Under the pieces are notes generated by a model, which was not told where the DNA came from, did no database searches, and saw only the letters and a list, made by a program, of their open reading frames with translations. A program made the translations under genes and the position numbers. From Opitutia bacterium (GTDB lineage Bacteria > Verrucomicrobiota > Verrucomicrobiia > Opitutales > T3Sed10-336): DNA of 64,000 nt. Of the stretch, positions 57,526 through 64,000 are shown piece after piece; the stretch's first letter is position 1, and every line of letters begins with the position of its first letter. Location: contig JBJHCF010000005.1 of assembly GCA_050506795.1 (NCBI GenBank), forward strand, positions 1 through 64,000, read 5' to 3'.

Positions 57526-58341
57526 TTGGTGGAATCTGAAATCGAAAAGCGTGTGCTCGCCGGGCGCGAGGCGGTCGAAAAGCGAAAAGCCCTGGTGCAT
57601 GAAAAACTCGGCCGGGTGGAGAGTGAGTGGAAACACGACGCCTCCCGTGTCACGGAGGTGGATTTTGCGGTGGCTCGCGAGGTATTTGCCGAATTGGGTC
57701 AGGCGTTTCCGGACGACGACTATTTCAGTGAGGAAATGGACCCGGGGCAGGGAGCGCTCGAACTGCGGGGCGAATTTTCCTGGGTGTTGGATCCCATCGA
57801 CGGGACCAACAACTTCGCGGTCGGTATCTCCGCCTGCGCCATCAGCCTGGCCTTGTTGCGGGAGGGGCAACCGGTCTATGGGCTGTTATATGATGTCTCC
57901 CGTTCGCGGTTGATCGAGGGAGGGCCTGGAATCGGGCTCTGGGATGGCGGCCGGCCGACCGAGATGCGCCCCGCGCCCACTCGAACGAGTCCCACGGTGG
58001 GGGTGAATACTCCCCGCAACCGGGCCTTTGCCTCCCTGATGGGAGAAGTCGCGTCGCGTTACAAGATCCGTGCGCTCGGCAGCGGCGCGTTGAGTATGGG
58101 ATACGTCGGCGCCGGATTGCTGGACGGCGCGGTCGATGTCAACGTGAAGGTCTGGGATATCGCCGCCGCCCATGCCATTTGTCTGGCCGGGGGCGCCGAG
58201 GTGCGCTACCTCAACCGCGAGGTGTTTCCGTTGCGGAAATTCGACCTCGATATGCCCGCGGTTTATTATTGCGCGGGATCGGGTCCGGTTTGTGATGAAC
58301 TTGAAAAAATGGTGGCTAAAACGGTCCGAAGCGCTCAGTAA
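57526..58341 (+). CDS. Inositol monophosphatase family protein
   Basis: VTEVD, SEE, WVLDPIDGTNNF, WDIAAA. Confidence 0.92.
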   Translation: MVESEIEKRVLAGREAVEKRKALVHEKLGRVESEWKHDASRVTEVDFAVAREVFAELGQAFPDDDYFSEEMDPGQGALELRGEFSWVLDPIDGTNNFAVGISACAISLALLREGQPVYGLLYDVSRSRLIEGGPGIGLWDGGRPTEMRPAPTRTSPTVGVNTPRNRAFASLMGEVASRYKIRALGSGALSMGYVGAGLLDGAVDVNVKVWDIAAAHAICLAGGAEVRYLNREVFPLRKFDLDMPAVYYCAGSGPVCDELEKMVAKTVRSAQ

Positions 58342-58411
58342 GGGAACATTTCGGGGTGTGGCGACATCGAAGTCGCTCGGGTTGCCGGAACCGGATCGGG
58401 ACTGAATCGCC

Positions 58412-59833
58412 GTGTGGATAGTGCTGAGTAAAGTGTTCGGGTGGCTGGTCTCCTACGTCCTGCCTCTCCTGCTGGCGGTGGCGGCGGCGGTTGCCGCCAC
58501 CGGCGCTTGGTTTTATTATCAGGACAACGCTCGGATCGAAGGCGACCGGCTTCAGACCATTGAGCGGTTTATCGAGCAGGAGAGAGAGCTTCTCGAGAGA
58601 CGCCAGGAATTGGAGGAGCGGCTTTCCGAGGTGCGCCGGGAGTTGACCGATGCCCAGATGCGGCTCAATGAGGCGCAGCGTCTGGCCCATCGGTTGCGCA
58701 ACGCGATCGGATTCTGGGACCGCTTGTTTGCCAGCCGGGAGGAACGGGTGGCGCGTGAACAGGAATTGGCGCGGGCCGAACGGGAGGAGCAGGAGGCCAA
58801 CGAGGCCCTCCGCGTTCGGGAGGAACGCAGGGTAATGCTGGCGGAGGAAGTGGAGGCGGCCCAGGCCGAAATCGAAAGCCTTCGGGCCGAGAGAAGTGAG
58901 TTGGATTACGATGATCCCGATTTGATCCACTACGCTACTCGCGCCTGGGAAAGTGCCCGTGTGCCGGTGTTGGTCGGGGTGGGGATGCTGGTCGCCGGCC
59001 CCTGGATTTTTAAATCGTTCCTCTTTTTCCTGTGGGCTCCGTTGGTCAGGTTCGCTCCTCCGCTGGTGATCCGCAAGGGCGAAGCGCCCCCGATCGAGGC
59101 GAGCCCCAGCAAGGTGTCCCTGCAAGTCGATCTCCGGCCCGGGGAAACGTTGTTGGTGAAGGAAAAGTTTTTGCAGGCCTCCGACGAGGGAATACGACGT
59201 CGCACCAAGTTCGTGTTCAACTGGAAGGTCCCTTTCAGTTGCCTGGTGTGCGGATTGGTGGAATTGATCCGCATGTACAATGCCACCGGGGAGGAAACCT
59301 ATAGCGTCACCCTTTCCACCCAGGAGGAGCCCATGACCGAGATCGCGGTGGTCGAAATCCCTTCCGGAGGGTCCCTGGTGCTGCGGCCGCGTTTTCTGGC
59401 GGGAGTGATTCTCCCGCGGGAGGCGAACGGCAAACCGGTCCGAATTTATCGGCACTGGAGACTGTTTTCCTTAAACGCCTGGTTGACCCTGCGCTTCCGG
59501 CATTTCGAGTTTCGAGGCCCGTGCCGGCTGATCGTCGCCGGGAAACGGGGAGTGCGTCTGGAGCGCCTGGAAAACGTCACCCGCGAGCAAAAACGGGCTC
59601 GCCGCACCAATCAGACCGCGACCATCGGTTTCACCCCGGAACTGAATCATCACTGTATCCGAGCCGAAACCTTCTGGTCGTTCTTCCGCGGCCGGAATCC
59701 CCTGTTCGATGATCTTTTTTCCGGCAGCGGCAGTTTTATCTGTCAGGAAATCGCCGAACGCCGCAAGGAAATCGGCGTCCGGCGACTGTGGTCGGGTTTC
59801 TGGAACAGCCTGTTGAAAATCTTCGGCCTGTGA
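58412..59833 (+). CDS. Membrane protein with long coiled coil and AIM24-like C-terminal region
   Basis: N-terminal TM, ~130-aa E/R/L-rich coiled coil, second TM, then L.PGE.L.V, FRGPCRL, FSGSG.FI.QE. Confidence 0.7.
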   Translation: MWIVLSKVFGWLVSYVLPLLLAVAAAVAATGAWFYYQDNARIEGDRLQTIERFIEQERELLERRQELEERLSEVRRELTDAQMRLNEAQRLAHRLRNAIGFWDRLFASREERVAREQELARAEREEQEANEALRVREERRVMLAEEVEAAQAEIESLRAERSELDYDDPDLIHYATRAWESARVPVLVGVGMLVAGPWIFKSFLFFLWAPLVRFAPPLVIRKGEAPPIEASPSKVSLQVDLRPGETLLVKEKFLQASDEGIRRRTKFVFNWKVPFSCLVCGLVELIRMYNATGEETYSVTLSTQEEPMTEIAVVEIPSGGSLVLRPRFLAGVILPREANGKPVRIYRHWRLFSLNAWLTLRFRHFEFRGPCRLIVAGKRGVRLERLENVTREQKRARRTNQTATIGFTPELNHHCIRAETFWSFFRGRNPLFDDLFSGSGSFICQEIAERRKEIGVRRLWSGFWNSLLKIFGL

Positions 59834-60005
59834 GCGCCACCAATTCCGCCGGCGATGCCTGGGCCTGACGGGTGAATAATTTGCCAGGCAAAATCTCGTT
59901 GACAGGCGACGAACGCATAATCGGCTTGGGGTGAGTCACTTGAGGGGCTGACGGCCAATTACTGGCTTGTCATTTTCGATCGGGGACGTCCTATGGGGAG
60001 GACCG

Positions 60006-61076
60006 ATGATTCGCATTTCCGTAGAAAAGGTTAGCAAACACTTTGGCCAGGTGCGGGCCTTGGATGACCTGAGTCTGGAGGTTGAGCCGGGAGAATTGTA
60101 TTTCCTGTTGGGGCCGAGCGGTTGCGGCAAGACGACCCTTCTGCGCAGCTTGGCCGGGTTTTATACTCCGGATGCGGGGCGAATTTTCTTTGGAGACCGC
60201 GACGTGACAGCGATGCCGGCGCACAAGCGTAACACCGGTATGGTGTTCCAGAGCTACGCGTTATGGCCCCATTTGACGGTGGAGAAAAACGTCGCCTTCG
60301 GGCTGGAGGAGCGAAAAGTTCCCCGTGACGAGGTCCACCGGCGGGTGCGCGAAGCCTTGGCCTCGGTGCGAATGGAGGGTTATGGCGGGCGAAAGCCGAA
60401 CCAGTTGTCCGGGGGACAGCAGCAGCGGGTGGCTTTGGCGCGCGCCCTGGTGATCCGGCCGCAATGTTTGTTTCTGGACGAACCTCTGTCCAATCTCGAC
60501 GCCAAACTGCGATTGGAAATGCGCGCGGAAATCCGGCGGGTCTGCAAGGAGTACGAATTGACCGCGGTTTACGTCACTCACGACCAGAAGGAAGCACTCT
60601 CGATCTCGGATCGTCTGGCGGTGATGGATGCCGGAAAGGTGTTGCAGGTGGGAACGCCCTGGGAGGTTTATCGGCGTCCGGCGTCGGAAATTGTGGCCGG
60701 CTTTATCGGTGAAACCAACCTGATCGAAGGGGTTGTGCGATACATCGGTGGAGGAATGGCCAGTGTTGAAACCGCTTTGGGAGAATTCCAGGGAGTACTT
60801 TCCGGTGAGCATGAGGAGTTCGAGACCGGCAATCAGGTCGCTTTGTCGATTCGGCCGGAGTGTTGGCGTTTGGAGCGATTCAGGGACGAAACCAATTCCG
60901 TTGGCGGGCGAATCGAAGGATCCGTATATCTGGGCGAGGTCTCACAGCATGAGTTTGTCAGTAACGAGCATCCCATTAAAATTCTCGAGTTGAACCCGCG
61001 TTTTGCCGGGGGGTCCGTCAAGCAGGATCTCTTCGCCAGCGTGGACCCGGAGGATGTGGTGATCCTCAGGAGGTAA
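60006..61076 (+). CDS. ABC transporter ATP-binding protein (FbpC/PotA class)
   Basis: GPSGCGKTT, FQSYALWPH, LSGGQQQR, DEPLSNLD, TOBE-like tail. Confidence 0.95.
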   Translation: MIRISVEKVSKHFGQVRALDDLSLEVEPGELYFLLGPSGCGKTTLLRSLAGFYTPDAGRIFFGDRDVTAMPAHKRNTGMVFQSYALWPHLTVEKNVAFGLEERKVPRDEVHRRVREALASVRMEGYGGRKPNQLSGGQQQRVALARALVIRPQCLFLDEPLSNLDAKLRLEMRAEIRRVCKEYELTAVYVTHDQKEALSISDRLAVMDAGKVLQVGTPWEVYRRPASEIVAGFIGETNLIEGVVRYIGGGMASVETALGEFQGVLSGEHEEFETGNQVALSIRPECWRLERFRDETNSVGGRIEGSVYLGEVSQHEFVSNEHPIKILELNPRFAGGSVKQDLFASVDPEDVVILRR

Positions 61077-61082
61077 CGGGAT

Positions 61083-62657
61083 ATGTTTGGACGGATCTGT
61101 CTTGTCTTCGCTTTGGTTCTGGTCGTGGCCTTGCCGTTCCTGTTGCGCCCGTCCGAAGACGCGCTGTACGAATATGACGAGGTGCTGGTTATCGTGACGC
61201 CCCACAACGAGGCGATTCGTCACGAGTTTTCGCATGGATTCCGGCGCTGGTACCAGGAGCGGACCGGGCAGGTGGTGCGGATCGATTGGCGGATTCCCGG
61301 TGGGACCAGTGAGATTGCGCGCATGTTGGCCTCCGAATACCAGGCTGCGTTCCGCAATTATTGGACCCGGGAACTGGGGCAATCCTGGAGCCGTTCGGTG
61401 GCGGGAGCTTTCGACAATCCCGATGCGGATTCGGATTCGACGGAGGGGGCGGCGCGCCGCGCGTTTCTCGAATCGGACGTCGGTATCGGTATCGACCTGT
61501 TTTTTGGCGGCGGCAGTTTTGAGTTTGGGCGTCAGGCCCGGGCCGGGCGATTGGTGCCGGCGGGGCTCTTGGAGAGGCGTCCGGAGTGGTTTCGGGATGA
61601 GTCGTTTCCGCTGGAAGTCGGCGGCGAACCGTTTCGCGATGCCGAAGGGCGGTGGTTTGGGGTCGTGATGTCCAGTTTCGGTATTATTTACAACACGGTT
61701 TCCCTGGAGAGGTTGGGCATCGAGTCCGCTCCGGACCGGTGGGAGGATTTGGCGGACCCCAGGTTTTTTGGTGAACTGGCGCTGGCCGATCCGACCAAGA
61801 GTGGTTCGATCGCAAAAGCCTTTGAGATGGTGATCCAGGAACAGATCCAACTCACTCAGGCGGAGATGGACGGTGAAGGCGATTACGTGGCGGTGGGGTG
61901 GGACCGTGCCATGCGCTTGATTCAGGCGATGGGGGCCAATGCGCGCTATTTCACGGACTCCGCCAGCCAGCCAATTGTCGATGTCGCTCTCGGTGATGCC
62001 GCGGCCGGGATGAGCATCGATTTTTATGGGCGCTTCCAGGAGGAGACTTTAACTCGTCGCGGCGCCGACCGCTTCCGTTACGTCACGCCCCTGGGGGGAT
62101 CCACGTTGTCGGTGGATCCGGTCGGAATGCTGCGCGGCGCTCCGAATCCGGAACTGGCGAGTGCCTTCATCGAGTACACGATTTCGCTGGAGGGGCAGAA
62201 GCTGTGGAACTTCCGGCCCGGGACGGAGGGAGGACCGCAACGGTTTGCGTTGAGGCGGATTCCGGTGCGGAAGGAGTTTTACACCGAAGATTGGGGCCAC
62301 CTGCGCTCGGATCCGGACGTGCAACCCTACGAGGCGGCGGAGGATTTTATTTATCATCCCGAGTGGACGGGCCCGCTCTTCCGTGAAATGAGCTTTATCG
62401 TCCGGGTCATGTGCCTGGATGTACATGACGAATTGAGGGAAGCCTGGCGGCAGTTGATCCGAGCGGACTTTCCTCCGGAGGCAACCGCGGTCTTTGGCGA
62501 TCTTTCCCGGGTTTCGCATGACGAAGCATCGCGAAACATCACCGCCGCCTTGCGATCTCCAGATCCTCTCGACGAGGTGCGACTGGCCCGCGAGGTGGGG
62601 GCGCATTTTCGAGAACAGTACCGTCGCGCGGCAAGTCTGGCGATGCGGGGGCAATGA
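61083..62657 (+). CDS. ABC extracellular solute-binding protein (Fe3+/AfuA-like class)
   Basis: IVTPHNE, DLFFGGG, W.DLADP, ADPTKSGS, GAPNPELA.AF. Confidence 0.85.
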   Translation: MFGRICLVFALVLVVALPFLLRPSEDALYEYDEVLVIVTPHNEAIRHEFSHGFRRWYQERTGQVVRIDWRIPGGTSEIARMLASEYQAAFRNYWTRELGQSWSRSVAGAFDNPDADSDSTEGAARRAFLESDVGIGIDLFFGGGSFEFGRQARAGRLVPAGLLERRPEWFRDESFPLEVGGEPFRDAEGRWFGVVMSSFGIIYNTVSLERLGIESAPDRWEDLADPRFFGELALADPTKSGSIAKAFEMVIQEQIQLTQAEMDGEGDYVAVGWDRAMRLIQAMGANARYFTDSASQPIVDVALGDAAAGMSIDFYGRFQEETLTRRGADRFRYVTPLGGSTLSVDPVGMLRGAPNPELASAFIEYTISLEGQKLWNFRPGTEGGPQRFALRRIPVRKEFYTEDWGHLRSDPDVQPYEAAEDFIYHPEWTGPLFREMSFIVRVMCLDVHDELREAWRQLIRADFPPEATAVFGDLSRVSHDEASRNITAALRSPDPLDEVRLAREVGAHFREQYRRAASLAMRGQ

Positions 62658-62679
62658 TGGCGAGGCGGGTCAAAGGGGA

Positions 62680-62967
62680 TCAATCGATCCAAGCCTCCGG
62701 CCTCAGGCGTTTGGGATCGGGGCTTTCCTCTTCCGCGAAATAAACGGCCAGGCGAATCAGGGGGAGTTTGTAGTCCGGCGTGTCGGGTCGCATCCGTTTC
62801 AACTGGTCATAAAGAACTTCGGGCGATCGGCCGGCCAGTTGATAGGTCCGGTCGAATCCCAGGTCGATCAGGTCCCGGGCGGTGGAGACGTCCATGCGCG
62901 GAATCTGCATGAAGTGAGAATTGAGTGCCTCGTAGTCGGTTTTCTTCTCTTTTGGCTTTCGGCGCAT
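62680..62967 (-). CDS. Helix-hairpin-helix protein (Cdd1/pathogenicity-locus-like)
   Basis: IP......ARDL..LG.....L.GR.PE.LY; R.AVYFAE. Confidence 0.65.
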   Translation of the reverse strand: MRRKPKEKKTDYEALNSHFMQIPRMDVSTARDLIDLGFDRTYQLAGRSPEVLYDQLKRMRPDTPDYKLPLIRLAVYFAEEESPDPKRLRPEAWID

Positions 62968-63201
62968 GGTTTTCCTACAGCTTGGGGAAACCTCGGTACG
63001 GATGCGAACCCGAACTTTGCCCGCCTGACGATCGACCCTCGGCGCTGCCGGTGGGGTGTGCCACAAAGGAAATAAGAACCGGTTCTACTGGGACACAACT
63101 GGGAATTGTTGGCACAGTTGTAGACGGGATTTTTGCTCCTGAAATGCAGGTCAATGTTTTTAGTTATTTTAATTCAATGGTTTATGGAAAATAATCCGAA
63201 G

Positions 63202-63216
63202 TGGCATGCCTGCTGC
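63202..63216 (+). promoter_or_regulatory. Sigma54 (-24/-12) promoter of dnaK
   Basis: TGGCATGCCTGCTGC (GG-N10-GC); IHF-like ATTCAATGGTTTA at 63172-63184. Confidence 0.7.
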
Positions 63217-63230
63217 TTTTCGAGTTAGGC

Positions 63231-64000
63231 ATGAGCAAGATTTTAGGCATTGATCTGGGGACGACCAATTCGTGCATGGCTGTCATGGAAGGCGGGGAAG
63301 CGAAAGTGATTCCGAACGCCGAGGGCGGTCGGACAACGCCTTCCATTGTGGCTTTCACCAAGGATGGAGAAAGACTGGTGGGCCAGGCGGCCAAGCGTCA
63401 GGCGGTGACCAACCCGCAGAACACCATCTTTTCCGCCAAGAGATTGATCGGCCGGCGCTTTGACGAGGTTCAGGAGGAGATCAAGGCGCTGCCCTACAAG
63501 GTTGTGGAGGGCAAGAATGGGGATGCTTATATCGAGGTGCGGGAAGGGAGCGATACGAAATCGTACAGCCCGCAGCAGATCGCGTCCTTCGTGTTGGCCA
63601 AGATGAAGGCGGATGCCGAGAGTTACCTGGGTGAAAAGGTGACTCAGGCCGTGATTACCGTGCCCGCCTATTTCAACGATTCCCAGCGCCAGGCGACCAA
63701 AGACGCGGGCAAGATCGCCGGATTGGAGGTGCTTCGCATCATCAACGAGCCGACCGCGGCGTCTCTGGCTTATGGGCTGGACAAAAAGAAGGACGAAAAG
63801 ATCGCGGTCTTCGATTTGGGTGGCGGGACATTCGATGTGACCATCCTGGAGATCGGCGACGGAGTTTTTGAGGTCAAGGCGACCCACGGTGACACTCATC
63901 TGGGGGGTGATAATTGGGATGACGCCATTATCCGTTGGTTGATCGAGGACTTTAAAAAGGAAAACGGCATCGACCTCGGGCAGGACCCGATGGCCAAGCA
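63231..64000 (+). CDS. dnaK: Chaperone DnaK (5' part; runs off the window)
   Basis: [50 protein letters not shown]; absent from the ORF track because it has no stop in the window. Confidence 0.98.
   Translation, partial: MSKILGIDLGTTNSCMAVMEGGEAKVIPNAEGGRTTPSIVAFTKDGERLVGQAAKRQAVTNPQNTIFSAKRLIGRRFDEVQEEIKALPYKVVEGKNGDAYIEVREGSDTKSYSPQQIASFVLAKMKADAESYLGEKVTQAVITVPAYFNDSQRQATKDAGKIAGLEVLRIINEPTAASLAYGLDKKKDEKIAVFDLGGGTFDVTILEIGDGVFEVKATHGDTHLGGDNWDDAIIRWLIEDFKKENGIDLGQDPMAK

Noticed and set aside
63109..63125. Second sigma54 promoter TTGGCACAGTTGTAGA
   Set aside because: Lacks GC at -12; treated as a possible enhancer half-site instead.

Overview
High-GC bacterial chromosome segment. It is most likely Verrucomicrobiota (Opitutales-like); this is inferred from the fused ccoNO, the pilB-pilT-pilB-pilC block, a DPxGDGxxN C-terminal motif and several lineage-typical hypothetical proteins, with no database search. 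Most of the window is core genome: a cbb3 oxidase operon, ndk, aroC, tRNA-Leu(CAG), a sugar kinase and transporter, coaE, type IV pilus ATPases, yhaM, rhaB, lhgO, pspF/pspABC, phoBR, an RND pump, nadA, fur, priA, an ABC transporter and the 5' part of dnaK. Two accessory zones stand out. (1) 1-4.0 kb holds a Glu-His-Ser subtilase, vapBC and a GTAG-REP array with covarying stems. (2) 48.8-57.5 kb holds a lower-GC islet bracketed by remnants that look like Y1/RAYT transposase 3' ends finishing in CTGACCCC. The islet carries a GT-C-like membrane protein, a frameshifted small AraC gene followed by three 19-bp direct repeats, an apparently internally deleted MauE/DoxX-like gene, a membrane-anchored exported protein and a 10-Cys secreted protein. 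After it come a truncated FG-GAP gene, vapBC, an AbiEii-type pair and an Rpn/DUF4351 remnant. This cassette is the best candidate for an undescribed system, but it is partly decayed here. Also notable are a heptamer array inserted in frame in pspF, sigma54 promoters at both pspA and dnaK, and a 39-nt perfect identity between pilB and pilT. Family calls come from motif recognition only.
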